Positions 1-9,713 are shown, counted from the first letter of the stretch. The stretch: DNA of 64,000 nt from Betaproteobacteria bacterium UBA5216 (GCA_002412495.1 DHVE01000054.1:2419-66418), one strand, 5' to 3'. Notes: generated by a model from the letters alone, not told the origin. A program made the numbers and translations.

Positions 1-423
1 TACAAAGGCGGCGGCCCCGGCATGGTGGCGCTGATGGGCAGCGAGATCGACATGATGGTGGCGCAAATCCCTTCCAGCAAACAATTGCATGTGGGCGGCA
101 AAGTGCGCGCGCTGGCCATCTCCACCGCCAAACGCTCGCCTGCCATGCCCGATGTGCCTACGATTCAAGAAGCCGCGTTGCCCGGCTTTGAAGCCACGTC
201 ATGGTACTGCGTGGTGGCGCCGGCCGGCACGCCGCAAGCAATCATCACGCGCCTGAACACCGAAATCATCAAGGCGCTGAACACGTCCGAGATGCGCCAG
301 CGCCTCGCCGATGAAGGCGCCGACGTTGAACCGTCTACCCCCGCGGAACTCGCGCGCTTTGTGCGTGCGGAAATCGTCAAGTGGGCAAAAGCGGTGAAGG
401 ATTCCGGCGCGCAAGTGGATTAG
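1..423 (+). CDS. Bug-family (TctC-like) tripartite tricarboxylate transporter substrate-binding protein, C-terminal fragment (5' end outside window)
   Basis: Frame 1 is open from nt 1. Translation YKGGGPGMVALMGSEIDMMVAQIPSS...GKVRALAISTAKRSPAMPDVPT matches the conserved C-terminal half of Bug/TctC receptors as I recall them. Stop at 421-423. Confidence 0.8.
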   Translation, partial: YKGGGPGMVALMGSEIDMMVAQIPSSKQLHVGGKVRALAISTAKRSPAMPDVPTIQEAALPGFEATSWYCVVAPAGTPQAIITRLNTEIIKALNTSEMRQRLADEGADVEPSTPAELARFVRAEIVKWAKAVKDSGAQVD

Positions 424-510
424 AGCCGTTGAATTACCAGTCGGCTCCACGCGATTTTGCGCCGAACGAACTGACATGACTGGAATCGCGTCCTGAAAAC
501 CCGCGAACGC

Positions 511-813
511 TCAACACGGGCATTGTTCTTCAAATCGTTTTTTTAGAAACGGTATTACGGTGTCGCGCCAGAACGAAGGATTGATGCAGCCGCTCGACAT
601 GCCGCCGTGGCTGTACTTTTCCACAAAAACAATGTCGGGATGTGAAACCGGCACCCCGGTCAGCAATTCGAACTCGGTCCGAAGCCATGCGGTAAATTCG
701 TCGGCATTTACAGGTTGCCGTGCCGCATCGATACGCTGCATCAAATCCCTCCATAGCCAGGGGTCCCCGCGCAGGTTCCACTGATGCGGCTGCTTCTGGA
801 AAAGCAGGGACAA
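511..813 (-). CDS. small hypothetical protein (start uncertain)
   Basis: ORF-track frame 511..951 overlaps the metY 3' end by about 90 nt. Only the part downstream of the metY stop looks coding (WNLRGDPWLWRDLMQRIDAARQPVNADEFTAWLRTEFELLTG...). Candidate starts are TTG 811-813 or ATG 739-741. No family recognised and no clear SD. Confidence 0.35.
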   Translation of the reverse strand: MSLLFQKQPHQWNLRGDPWLWRDLMQRIDAARQPVNADEFTAWLRTEFELLTGVPVSHPDIVFVEKYSHGGMSSGCINPSFWRDTVIPFLKKRFEEQCPC

Positions 814-859
814 TGGGCGCGAATGGGCGCGGGTTGCCCATGTGAGTCCGCGACGATCG

Positions 860-2140
860 CTACACTGCCGCCAACGCCTGATCGACGTCGGCCTTGATGT
901 CGTCGATGTGCTCGATCCCGATCGACAGCCGCACCAGATCTTCGCTGACACCGGCGCTTTCCAGTTCTTTCGCGGTAAGCTGGCGATGCGTGGTGGTCGC
1001 CGGATGGCATGCCAACGATTTCGCGTCGCCGATATTCACCAGCCGTGTTACCAGCTTTAGTGCATCGATGAATCGGCCCCCCGCCGCCTTGGCATCGCCG
1101 GAACCCTTGATTCCAAAGCTCAGGATGCCCGAGGCGCGTCCGCTCATGTATTTGTCCACCAGCGGTTTGTCGGCGTGATCAGGCAGACCGGCATAGCGTA
1201 CCCAGCCGACTTTCTTGTGCCCCTGCAAAAATTTCGCGATCGCCAGCGCGTTATCGCAGATGCGGTCCATGCGTACCGCCAGTGTTTCGATGCCCTGCAG
1301 TATCAGAAACGAATTAAAGGGCGAGATCGCGGCGCCCATGTTGCGCAACGGCACCACCCGCGCGCGGCCGATATACGCCTCCGGGCCCAGTGCCTCGGTG
1401 TAGACTACGCCGTGATAGGACACATCCGGTTCGTTCAGGCGCTTGAATTTTTGCTTGTGCTCGGCCCACGGAAATTTTCCGGAGTCGACGATCACGCCGC
1501 CGATGGAGTTGCCATGGCCGCCGAGATATTTGGTGAGCGAATGCACCACGATGTCGGCGCCGTGCTCAAACGGCCTGCACAGATACGGCGTTGGCACCGT
1601 GTTGTCGACAATGATCGGTACGCCGTGCTTGTGCGCGATCTTGGCCAGTGCGCCGAAATCCACCACGTTGCCGAGCGGATTGCCGACGGTTTCGCAAAAT
1701 ATGGCCTTGGTCTTGCCATCGATCAGTTTTTCCCAGGCCTTGGGGTCGCGGTAGTCCGCGAATCGCACGTCGATGCCATACTGCGGAAAGGTATGCGCGA
1801 ACAAATTGTAGGTGCCGCCATAGAGCGCGCTCGATGTGACGATGTTGTCGCCCGCTTCGGCGATGGTCATGACGGCATAGGTGATCGCCGCCATGCCCGA
1901 CGCCAGCGCGAGCCCCGCGATGCCACCTTCCATCGCGGCGATGCGCTTTTCCAGCACATCCGTGGTCGGGTTCATGATGCGTGTGTAGATGTTGCCCTGC
2001 ACCTTGAGATCGAACAAATCGGCGCCGTGTTGCGTGCTGTCAAAGGCATACGACGTGGTCTGATAAATCGGTACCGCGACGGCCTTGGTGGTTGGGTCGG
2101 GTGTATAGCCGCCATGCACAGCGAGGGTTTCGATTTTCAT
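860..2140 (-). CDS. metY: O-acetylhomoserine aminocarboxypropyltransferase/sulfhydrylase (PLP-dependent)
   Basis: N-terminus MKIETLAVHGGYTPDPTTKAVAVPIYQTTSYAF and the PLP-lysine motif SLTKYLGGHG are typical of the Cys/Met-metabolism PLP family. ATG has a GGAG upstream. Confidence 0.9.
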   Translation of the reverse strand: MKIETLAVHGGYTPDPTTKAVAVPIYQTTSYAFDSTQHGADLFDLKVQGNIYTRIMNPTTDVLEKRIAAMEGGIAGLALASGMAAITYAVMTIAEAGDNIVTSSALYGGTYNLFAHTFPQYGIDVRFADYRDPKAWEKLIDGKTKAIFCETVGNPLGNVVDFGALAKIAHKHGVPIIVDNTVPTPYLCRPFEHGADIVVHSLTKYLGGHGNSIGGVIVDSGKFPWAEHKQKFKRLNEPDVSYHGVVYTEALGPEAYIGRARVVPLRNMGAAISPFNSFLILQGIETLAVRMDRICDNALAIAKFLQGHKKVGWVRYAGLPDHADKPLVDKYMSGRASGILSFGIKGSGDAKAAGGRFIDALKLVTRLVNIGDAKSLACHPATTTHRQLTAKELESAGVSEDLVRLSIGIEHIDDIKADVDQALAAV

Positions 2141-2266
2141 GGGATCTCCGATAGTGGATGGAAACGGAATTAGTATAGGCTCCCGTTCCGCTGGATGCCA
2201 CTGTTCACAACGCAGTTAATTTATGTCACTGCCTGTGACAGAATTACCCAGAGATTAGAAACCGTC

Positions 2267-4306
2267 ATGCCCAATCGACTCGCCCACGAAACCAGTCCGT
2301 ACCTCCAGCAGCATGCGGAAAATCCGGTTGACTGGTATCCGTGGGGCGAAGAAGCGCTGACACTGGCGCGCACACAAGATAAACCGATACTGCTGTCGGT
2401 GGGTTACTCCGCGTGTCACTGGTGCCATGTGATGGCGCATGAGTCATTCGAAGATGCCGCTGTCGCCGCCGAAATGAACCGGCTGTTTATCAACATCAAA
2501 GTCGATCGCGAAGAGCGGCCCGATCTGGATCAAATTTACCAGACCGCGCATCACATGCTGACGCAGCGCAACGGCGGCTGGCCGCTGACGATGTTTCTGA
2601 TGCCGGACGGCACGCCGTTTTTCGGTGGTACGTATTTCCCGAAAACGCCGCGTTACAACATGCCCGGGTTCCTGCAATTGCTGCCGCGGATTGAACAGGC
2701 TTACCGCGAGCAACGTGAAGAAATCGGCAAACAGAATGCATCGTTGCTGGCGGCGCTGGCGGGCACCGTGCCCTTGGGTGCCGATGCAGGCGCTTTCGTG
2801 CGCGCGCCGCTAGCCAAGGCGTTGCAGGAGTTCGCCCAGATGTTCGACCGCGAACACGGCGGCATCGGTCATGCGCCGAAGTTTCCGCATCCGTATGAAC
2901 TGGCTTTTTGTTTACGGCGGCACGCGATCGACAACGATGCCGACAACGAAACAACAGGCCTCGACATCGCTCGCACCACGCTCACGCACATGGCCGAAGG
3001 CGGCATTTACGATCATCTGGGCGGCGGTTTTGCGCGCTACAGCGTGGATGACACCTGGACCATTCCGCATTTCGAGAAAATGCTCTACGACAACGGGCCG
3101 CTGCTGGCGCTCTACAGCGATGCATGGCTGGTGACGCAATCGCCGCGTTACAAAACCGTGTGCGCGGAAACCGCGGCGTGGGTGATGCGAGAGATGCAGC
3201 ATGACGCCGGCGGTTATTACTCCTCGTTCGATGCCGACTCCGAGCACGTCGAAGGCAAGTTTTATGTGTGGACGCCGGATGTCGTCAAAGCCCTGCTCAC
3301 GCCGGAGGAATACGCGGTAATCGCGCCGCACTATGGCCTCAATGGGAGCGCGAATTTCGAACACGAGCATTGGCACCTGCGTGTTACGAAACCCTTGCCG
3401 CCAGGGAGCGAAGCATTGCTTGCCTCGGCCCGAGCCAAGTTACTCGCCGCGCGCAACCAGCGCATCTGGCCGGGCCGCGACGATAAAATCCTGACCAGTT
3501 GGAATGCGCTGATGATCAAGGGCATGGCACGTGCCGCGCGGGTGTTCGATGAACCGGCGTGGCTCGCCTCGGCGCAACGCGCGCTGGATTTCATTCGTAG
3601 CGCGCTGTGGCAAGACAGTCGCCTGCTCGCCACCTGCAAAGATGGCAAGGCGCATCTGAATGCGTATCTCGACGATTACGCATTTTTGCTCGATGCATTG
3701 CTTGAACTGATGCAGACCGAATTTCGCGCCGAGGATCTCGCGTTCGCGCGTGCCCTCGCGGACCGGCTGCTCGGTCAGTTTGAAGACCCCGATAATGGCG
3801 GGTTCTTTTTTACCAGCCACGATCACGAAAAACTCATCCTTCGCAACAAGCCGGGGCACGACAATGCCACGCCGTCGGGCAACGGCGTCGCCGCGTTTGC
3901 GCTGCAACGGCTGGGGCATGTGATCGGTGAGCCGCGCTATATCGATGCCGCCGAGCGCGCGATCCGTTTGTTTTATGGCGCCATGCAGCGCCAGCCCAGC
4001 GCGTTTGTGAGCTTGCTCGCCGCGCTGGAAGAAACGCTCGCGCCGCCGCGCGTGTTGGTGCTGCGCGGCGAGGCCGGCGCGCTGCGCGAGTGGCAACGCG
4101 CGCTCGCCGGGCGTTATCGGCCCGACACCCTGGTCATCGCCCTGCCAAACGACGCCGCGAACCTGCCGCCCGCGCTCGACAAGCGGCCCGTAATGGCGAA
4201 GGCAGCCGGCGGCGTCAACGCGTGGCTTTGTCAGGGCGTTAGTTGCTTGCCACCGGTATCCGAATTGGGCACAATCGTGCGCCTGCTGGATGCGGGATGC
4301 AATTAA
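2267..4306 (+). CDS. thioredoxin-domain protein of the YyaL/DUF255 family (N-terminal Trx-like domain plus six-hairpin domain)
   Basis: [31 protein letters not shown]...[20 protein letters not shown] is the family signature. The ATG at 2267 is preferred over the track start at 2195, which adds a non-conserved leader. Confidence 0.85.
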   Translation: MPNRLAHETSPYLQQHAENPVDWYPWGEEALTLARTQDKPILLSVGYSACHWCHVMAHESFEDAAVAAEMNRLFINIKVDREERPDLDQIYQTAHHMLTQRNGGWPLTMFLMPDGTPFFGGTYFPKTPRYNMPGFLQLLPRIEQAYREQREEIGKQNASLLAALAGTVPLGADAGAFVRAPLAKALQEFAQMFDREHGGIGHAPKFPHPYELAFCLRRHAIDNDADNETTGLDIARTTLTHMAEGGIYDHLGGGFARYSVDDTWTIPHFEKMLYDNGPLLALYSDAWLVTQSPRYKTVCAETAAWVMREMQHDAGGYYSSFDADSEHVEGKFYVWTPDVVKALLTPEEYAVIAPHYGLNGSANFEHEHWHLRVTKPLPPGSEALLASARAKLLAARNQRIWPGRDDKILTSWNALMIKGMARAARVFDEPAWLASAQRALDFIRSALWQDSRLLATCKDGKAHLNAYLDDYAFLLDALLELMQTEFRAEDLAFARALADRLLGQFEDPDNGGFFFTSHDHEKLILRNKPGHDNATPSGNGVAAFALQRLGHVIGEPRYIDAAERAIRLFYGAMQRQPSAFVSLLAALEETLAPPRVLVLRGEAGALREWQRALAGRYRPDTLVIALPNDAANLPPALDKRPVMAKAAGGVNAWLCQGVSCLPPVSELGTIVRLLDAGCN

Positions 4307-4345
4307 AAGTCAATTTAAACAAATACTTATATGGAATCCTCGATT

Positions 4346-4657
4346 ATGAAACGTTTGCTCGCGGTCTCGGCCGCAACCTTGGGCCTGTTACTCGCGAGTG
4401 GCGCGCAGGCTGATGAGAAGATCGCGCAAGCCAATGGCTGCATGACCTGTCATCAGATCGACAAGAAAATTCTCGGCCCGTCGTTCAAGGACGTAGCCGC
4501 TAAATACAAGGGCGACAAAGCCGCCGAAGCCACGCTGATCAAGAAAGTGAAAGACGGCGGCAAAGGCGTGTGGGGCGAAATGCCCATGCCGCCCAATGCC
4601 CACGTAAAAGACGCCGACATCACCGCGATTGTGAAGTGGATTCTGGCGCAGAAGTAA
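4346..4657 (+). CDS. class I c-type cytochrome (c551/c552-like), periplasmic
   Basis: Signal peptide MKRLLAVSAATLGLLLASGAQA, a single CMTCH heme motif, and distal MPMPPN Met-ligand region. An alternative ATG lies at 4331. Confidence 0.85.
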   Translation: MKRLLAVSAATLGLLLASGAQADEKIAQANGCMTCHQIDKKILGPSFKDVAAKYKGDKAAEATLIKKVKDGGKGVWGEMPMPPNAHVKDADITAIVKWILAQK

Positions 4658-4674
4658 CACCGCATTCTTGACGC

Positions 4675-4706
4675 AAAAAAGCCGGCTCGCGCCGGCTTTT
4701 TTGTTT
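4675..4706 (+). terminator. rho-independent terminator after the cytochrome c gene
   Basis: aaaaaa-GCCGGC-tcgc-GCCGGC-ttttttgttt: perfect 6-bp GC stem, 4-nt loop, T-run. The A-run upstream makes it potentially bidirectional. Confidence 0.7.
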
Positions 4707-4757
4707 GAGGCATTTGTAGCGGTGCTGGCAAAGCGTGGTGCTCCAAAACTCCTACTT

Positions 4758-4787
4758 CTGTCGTTCCCGCCTGCGCGGAAACGACAG
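4758..4787. repeat. REP-like 13-bp-stem hairpin
   Basis: ctgtcgttcccgc-ctgc-gcggaaacgacag: arms complementary at 12/13, 4-nt loop, located between convergent genes. Confidence 0.4.
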
Positions 4788-4829
4788 TGCTATGGTTTGT
4801 TCCGGCGTTTGGTACGGTGACGACCGGAA

Positions 4830-5645
4830 CTAAAAAAACGCCAGCGCCCGCGCTTCGATGCTCTGCCGCGGCGGCGCGCCCGGCGGCGTGGCCGGATCTT
4901 CAAACGAAGTGTGCGCGGTAAAACGCGCGCGGCCGTCTTTCATCGAATCGTACACCTTGAACACCAGCGCTTCGTCGCGCGTCATTTTTGGAAAATAAAT
5001 CCAGCGGTGCCTGGGGTTATAGGCCAGGCGATAGGTCTGCCCGATCCGATTCGGATAGCGCCGCTCGGCGATCAGTAAATCATCAAAGGCGATGGTGTGG
5101 GCGTCCACCATTGCCAGCGGATTCGATTCAATCGGCTGGTTGATTGCCCGCCAGACCTGAATGATCGCAAAGCGCTTTTGCAACAACGCCTCGGCTTCAT
5201 CCGGCAGCAAATCACGCACGCGCTGCGGGCCGGACCACTCGGTGTAATCGTTGTGTGCCGAAACCACCGGCTCGCGAATCAGCTTGGCCTCGCGCTCGGC
5301 CTGATCCCCGGAGCGCAAGGTGTGATCGAACAGCACCACGCGCGTGGCACCCGATTCGCGTTTGATGAGATCCTCGACTTCGCGGTAGTACACCGACTTT
5401 AATTCCTGCTCGTCGAAAAAATTCTTCACGGCGGTTTTGTGATCGACAAACACGAAGCCGTTTTTTTCCAGCGTGAATGTCGCCGCCGCCGGCCGCCCGT
5501 TTTCCATCGGCATCGGGCGCATATCCAGCGCGCCGGTCTTGCGGCGGCTGATGTTGCCGGGGCCAAAGGTTTCATTGACGAGTTTTTCGCCGGTGTTCAG
5601 GGTGTACGGTATTTCAACCAGTTTTTGAGGATTGGGCGCGTTCAT
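4830..5645 (-). CDS. CmcJ/NvfI-like oxidoreductase (putative non-heme Fe(II)/2-oxoglutarate-type oxygenase)
   Basis: MNAPNPQKLVEIPYTLNTG...VVSAHNDYTEWSG...RFAIIQVWRAINQPI resembles the CmcJ-related family, including an HxD-type motif (HND). The ATG at 5643-5645 is preferred; the track's extra 72 N-terminal residues look non-coding. Confidence 0.7.
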   Translation of the reverse strand: MNAPNPQKLVEIPYTLNTGEKLVNETFGPGNISRRKTGALDMRPMPMENGRPAAATFTLEKNGFVFVDHKTAVKNFFDEQELKSVYYREVEDLIKRESGATRVVLFDHTLRSGDQAEREAKLIREPVVSAHNDYTEWSGPQRVRDLLPDEAEALLQKRFAIIQVWRAINQPIESNPLAMVDAHTIAFDDLLIAERRYPNRIGQTYRLAYNPRHRWIYFPKMTRDEALVFKVYDSMKDGRARFTAHTSFEDPATPPGAPPRQSIEARALAFF

Positions 5646-5777
5646 GGGTTCACCTTCATTCAGGGGGCCAGACTGCAAGACTAGGTCATCGCCGGGCAAA
5701 CGGTCAAATGTGCGTACAATGCGCGCCATCGAATCAACCGGGAGAAGACCGTGGCTGCAAAGCATGAATCGCAGGAA

Positions 5778-6683
5778 ATGATGGGCTTTATCGGCGTGGG
5801 TGTGATGGGCGGGCGCATGGCGCGGCGGCTGCTCGAAGCGGGATTTCCGCTGGTGATACACGACGTCAACCCCGCCGCCCTAAAACCGCTGGTGAAGCTG
5901 GGCGCGAAAGTCGCGCGCACCCCGCGCGAGGTGGCGGACAAGGCGCGCATTGTGTTTGCGAGCGTGCCCACACCGCCGGTGTTGCGCGAGGTGGCATTGG
6001 GAGCCAGCGGATTAATCCACGGCAAGGCCATCAACATACTGGTTGATCTTTCCACCACCGGTTCTACTATCGAAAAGGAAATCGCCAAAGCCGTCGCCGC
6101 GCGCGGCATCGACATGGTGGATTCCCCGGTGTCTGGCGGCGCGTCGGGCGCCGACAAAGGCACGCTAGCGGTGATGGTCGCCGGCAAGGCGGCCTGCGTC
6201 GCGGACGTGCGCGAAGCGCTGAACGTGATTGGCAAGGTGTTTGTCGTCGGCAAACAGCCGGGCCAGGCGCAAACCATGAAGCTGCTCAACAACCTGCTGT
6301 CCACCAGCGCGCTGGCAATGAGCCTCGAAGTATTCGTGGCGGGCGCGAAAGCCGGACTCGATCCCGACATGATGGTGGCCGTCATCAACGCCGGTAGCGG
6401 CCGCAACAGCGCCACCGAGGAAAAAATTCCGAAATCGGTGCTCACGCGCAACTTCGATTTTGGCTTTCCGATTTCCGGCGCACGCAAGGATATCGGCCTT
6501 GCCATCGAGGAATGCCAGGCAATGGGCTTGCCCATGATTGTCGGCAACGCCGCCAAACAACTGTGGGAGTTTGCCTACAATCAGGGCGGCGGCAAGCGCG
6601 ACATGACGACGCTGATTACCTATCTGGAACCGTGGGCGGGGGTTGAGGTGCGTGGCAAGGCGGCGGGCAAAAAGCGAAAATAA
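5778..6683 (+). CDS. NAD(P)-dependent oxidoreductase, 3-hydroxyisobutyrate dehydrogenase (HIBADH) family
   Basis: MMGFIGVGVMGGRMARRLLEAGFPLVIHDVNP is a Rossmann GxGxxG N-terminus typical of HIBADH/tartronate-semialdehyde reductases. AGGA lies just upstream. Confidence 0.85.
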   Translation: MMGFIGVGVMGGRMARRLLEAGFPLVIHDVNPAALKPLVKLGAKVARTPREVADKARIVFASVPTPPVLREVALGASGLIHGKAINILVDLSTTGSTIEKEIAKAVAARGIDMVDSPVSGGASGADKGTLAVMVAGKAACVADVREALNVIGKVFVVGKQPGQAQTMKLLNNLLSTSALAMSLEVFVAGAKAGLDPDMMVAVINAGSGRNSATEEKIPKSVLTRNFDFGFPISGARKDIGLAIEECQAMGLPMIVGNAAKQLWEFAYNQGGGKRDMTTLITYLEPWAGVEVRGKAAGKKRK

Positions 6684-6696
6684 AAGCGAAAATGAA

Positions 6697-7371
6697 TCAC
6701 ACGGTGGTATGCCAATGTAATCCAAATGGCAGGTGTGGCGGTCCAAACAGAAAGTGCAAGACGCGACGATTGCCGCCACCGTGAATGCGCGTAGACGCAT
6801 GCAGTAGCAGCGGGCGCATCAGCAACGCAGCGCCCCGGTCCGCCGCGCACACCACCTCGGCGGTTGTTTCGCGCAGGCGTTCGATTTCGCCATCGTTCAG
6901 ACGGCCACTGCAATGCGATCGGGGGATCACGCGTAGCGGCCCCGCATCCGCCGGACACGCATCCAGATGAAGCCGTATCGCGACCAGACTTTCAAGCACA
7001 GCTGCAGGCGGTTGCGTGTGTAAAACGCCCTCTTTAACGGCCCATCCGCTGCACTCGGTGGCATCAACCCGCGCACGGACAGGAATGCCTATATCCTGAT
7101 GAACAGAAACGCCCCAATTCTTTTCGGCACTTTTCTCGAACAGCGTGCATTGCACAGCCGTAGTTGAAGCGCCAAGCAGGGGGGCAATCTTTACATGTGA
7201 TCGAAGGGTCTCTGCGAGACGCTGGCACCACGGCAATTGCAACAAGCTGCGCGAACCTGCTTTGGCGACAGCGAGTTGCGACACATTTTCAAGCGCTACA
7301 TCGCATGCAGCGGACGGAATAACATTCGCAATTAACTCGTAGCCCAGCTCCGTGAAGTGTTCAGTGCTCAT
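6697..7371 (-). CDS. phytanoyl-CoA dioxygenase (PhyH) family protein
   Basis: MSTEHFTELGYELIANVIP...VHQDIGIPV...LRVIPRSHCSGRL shows HxD and a distal H typical of PhyH-type Fe(II)/2OG oxygenases. ATG at 7369-7371. Confidence 0.75.
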   Translation of the reverse strand: MSTEHFTELGYELIANVIPSAACDVALENVSQLAVAKAGSRSLLQLPWCQRLAETLRSHVKIAPLLGASTTAVQCTLFEKSAEKNWGVSVHQDIGIPVRARVDATECSGWAVKEGVLHTQPPAAVLESLVAIRLHLDACPADAGPLRVIPRSHCSGRLNDGEIERLRETTAEVVCAADRGAALLMRPLLLHASTRIHGGGNRRVLHFLFGPPHLPFGLHWHTTV

Positions 7372-7393
7372 TTCGATGCAAAGGCTAGCATGA

Positions 7394-7422
7394 ATTGACA
7401 ACCCCAAGCACGCCAACGATAA
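7394..7422 (+). promoter_or_regulatory. candidate sigma70 promoter of the liv-type operon
   Basis: TTGACA (7394-7399), 17 nt, GATAAT (7417-7422), about 45 nt upstream of the substrate-binding protein ATG. Sequence match only. Confidence 0.45.
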
Positions 7423-7467
7423 TCAATTTTCCAGCACAAACAACAGCTTATCGATAGGGGGATCACC

Positions 7468-8712
7468 ATGAACCGCAGACAGTTAATCCACGCCGCCGCG
7501 GCCATTGCGACCCTGCTCGCGCTAACCGCTTGCGGCGACAAAGCGGCACCGCCCGCACCCAAAAAAGCCGACGCGCCGAAGGCGCCGGAGGTACAGGTGG
7601 TAAAGATTGGCGTGGCTTCGCCGCTGACCGGCGCACAGGCGCATATCGGCATCGATATCCGCAACGGCGTGCAGCTCGCGATTGAAGACGCCAACAAGGC
7701 CGGTGTCAGCATCGGCGGCAAGGCAGTGAAGCTGGAGATGGTGGCCGAAGACGACGAAGCGAATCCCACCAAAGCGACGACCGTGGCGCAAAAGCTTGCT
7801 GACGCCAAAGTCTCGGCCGTGGTAGGACACTTCAATTCCGGCGCGTCAATTCCGGCGTCGAAGATTTATGCGGATGCCGGCATTCCGCAGATTTCGCCCT
7901 CGAGCACCAATCCGGATTACACGCTGAAAGGCTACAAGACCACCTTCCGCGTGGTCGCGCACGACGGTCAGCAAGGCCCGACCCTGGGCCGCTTTGCACT
8001 CGATAAGCTCAAGGCGAAGACCATCGCGGTCATTGACGACAGCACGGCGTATGGCCAAGGTCTGGCGGACAACTTTGAAGCGGCGGTGAAAGTGGGCGGC
8101 GCCAAGCTGGTGGCGCGCGAGCACACCACCGACAAAGATACCGACTTCAAAGCGATACTCACCAAGATCAAGGGCAAGAATCCGGATCTCATCATGTTCG
8201 GCGGCATTGATCCGCAAGCCGGCCCGATGAAAAAACAAATGGCTGAACTCGGCATCAAAGTGCCGCTGATCGGCGGTGACGGCATGCAAACGCCAAATTT
8301 CATCAAGCTCGCGGGCGAGGCGTCCGAAGGTACGATGGCCTCGATCCCTGGCCTGCCGAAAGACAAAATGCCCGGCGGCACGGAGTTTCTTGCCAAGTAC
8401 AAGGCCAAGTTCAATGCCGAGGTCGAGTTGTTCGCGCCGATGGGCTACGACGCGGTGATGGTGTTTATCGAAGCGATGAAGCGCGCGGGTTCATCCGACC
8501 CGGCGAAGTTTCTGCCCGAAATCAGCAAAACCAATTACAACGGGGTGATCGGCCCCATCGCGTTCGACGAAAAAGGGGATCTCACCAATGGCCCGATAAC
8601 CATTTACGTGGTGAAGGGCGGCAAATGGGAGGCGCTGGAAACCGTTACGCCCAACACCGGCGCCAATAACACATCAAAGGCAGAAGCACCCAAGGACGCG
8701 GCGAAGAAGTAA
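7468..8712 (+). CDS. branched-chain amino acid ABC transporter substrate-binding protein (LivJ/K-like), probable lipoprotein
   Basis: Leader MNRRQLIHAAAAIATLLALTAC has a lipobox LTAC. The body (IGVASPLTGAQAHIG...VVGHFNSGASIPAS...IAVIDDSTAYGQGLA) is typical of the LivJ/K periplasmic-binding family. Strong RBS AGGGGGA. Confidence 0.9.
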   Translation: MNRRQLIHAAAAIATLLALTACGDKAAPPAPKKADAPKAPEVQVVKIGVASPLTGAQAHIGIDIRNGVQLAIEDANKAGVSIGGKAVKLEMVAEDDEANPTKATTVAQKLADAKVSAVVGHFNSGASIPASKIYADAGIPQISPSSTNPDYTLKGYKTTFRVVAHDGQQGPTLGRFALDKLKAKTIAVIDDSTAYGQGLADNFEAAVKVGGAKLVAREHTTDKDTDFKAILTKIKGKNPDLIMFGGIDPQAGPMKKQMAELGIKVPLIGGDGMQTPNFIKLAGEASEGTMASIPGLPKDKMPGGTEFLAKYKAKFNAEVELFAPMGYDAVMVFIEAMKRAGSSDPAKFLPEISKTNYNGVIGPIAFDEKGDLTNGPITIYVVKGGKWEALETVTPNTGANNTSKAEAPKDAAKK

Positions 8713-8742
8713 GTGGTACGCTACACGTCATAAAGCAAAATA

Positions 8743-8766
8743 ACGGCACCCGCGCGGTGCCGTTTT
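8743..8766 (+). terminator. intrinsic terminator/attenuator between the binding-protein gene and the permease genes
   Basis: ACGGCACC-cgcgc-GGTGCCGT followed by TTT: perfect 8-bp stem. Confidence 0.5.
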
Positions 8767-8776
8767 CATGTGATTC

Positions 8777-9697
8777 ATGGATATATTCCTCCAACAAATC
8801 CTGAACGGCCTGTTGCTCGGCAGCATCTATGCGCTTGTCGCACTGGGCTACACCATGGTCTACGGCATCCTGGGGCTGATCAACTTCGCGCACGGCGACA
8901 TCGTGATGGTGGGTGCGCTGGTGGCGTGGTCGGTGATTAGCGCATTGGGCGCGAGCCTGCCGGTGCCGACGGTATTGCTGCTGGCCACGGCGGCGGCCAT
9001 CGTAGTGTGCGTGGTGCTGGGGCTGGTGGTCGAACGCGCCGCGTATCGCCCGCTGCGCCACGCGCCGCGGCTGGCGCCGTTAATTACCGCCATCGGTGTG
9101 TCGATACTGATCCAGTATTCGGCGGCGCTGGTGTGGGGCAAGCAATATCTGTCGCTGCCGGAAATCGTCAAGCCCGGCCAGATCGAATTCGGCGGCGCGC
9201 AGATCACCACCACGCAGGCGTTCATTTTTGTGCTCGCGTGCGCCATCATGGCGGCGCTGCTGTGGTTTGTAAAAGCCAGCCGCATGGGGCGCGCGATGCG
9301 CGCCACGGAACAAAACCCGGATGTCGCGGGGCTGATGGGTGTGAACACCACGCGGGTGATCGCGTTCACCTTCGCGCTGGGCGCATCGATCGGCGCTATC
9401 GCGGGCGTGATGGTGGTCTTGTATTACGGGCAAGGGCATTACTTCATGGGCTTCATGCTGGGATTAAAAGCATTTACGGCGGCGGTGCTCGGCGGCATAG
9501 GCAATATTCCTGGCGCGATGCTCGGCGGTCTGCTGCTGGGGCTGATCGAAAGTCTGGCCGCCGGTTATATGGGCGACATCACCGGCGGCGTGTTTGGCAG
9601 CAATTATCGCGATGTGTATGCGTTTATTGTGTTGGTGCTGGTGTTGATGTTGCGACCGTCGGGGTTGATGGGGGTGGGCTCAGGTGATCGAGCTTAA
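8777..9697 (+). CDS. livH: branched-chain amino acid ABC transporter permease
   Basis: MDIFLQQILNGLLLGSIYALVALGYTMVYGILGLINFAHGD is the canonical LivH N-terminus. Polytopic hydrophobic protein. Confidence 0.9.
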   Translation: MDIFLQQILNGLLLGSIYALVALGYTMVYGILGLINFAHGDIVMVGALVAWSVISALGASLPVPTVLLLATAAAIVVCVVLGLVVERAAYRPLRHAPRLAPLITAIGVSILIQYSAALVWGKQYLSLPEIVKPGQIEFGGAQITTTQAFIFVLACAIMAALLWFVKASRMGRAMRATEQNPDVAGLMGVNTTRVIAFTFALGASIGAIAGVMVVLYYGQGHYFMGFMLGLKAFTAAVLGGIGNIPGAMLGGLLLGLIESLAAGYMGDITGGVFGSNYRDVYAFIVLVLVLMLRPSGLMGVGSGDRA

Positions 9698-9713
9698 CGC
9701 CCAAAATCTTTTT

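Noticed and set aside
1175-2173. 332-aa ORF on the plus strand
   Set aside because: It lies entirely antisense to the well-supported metY gene. The translation is Arg/Ala/His-rich and low-complexity, typical of stop-free antisense frames in high-GC DNA.
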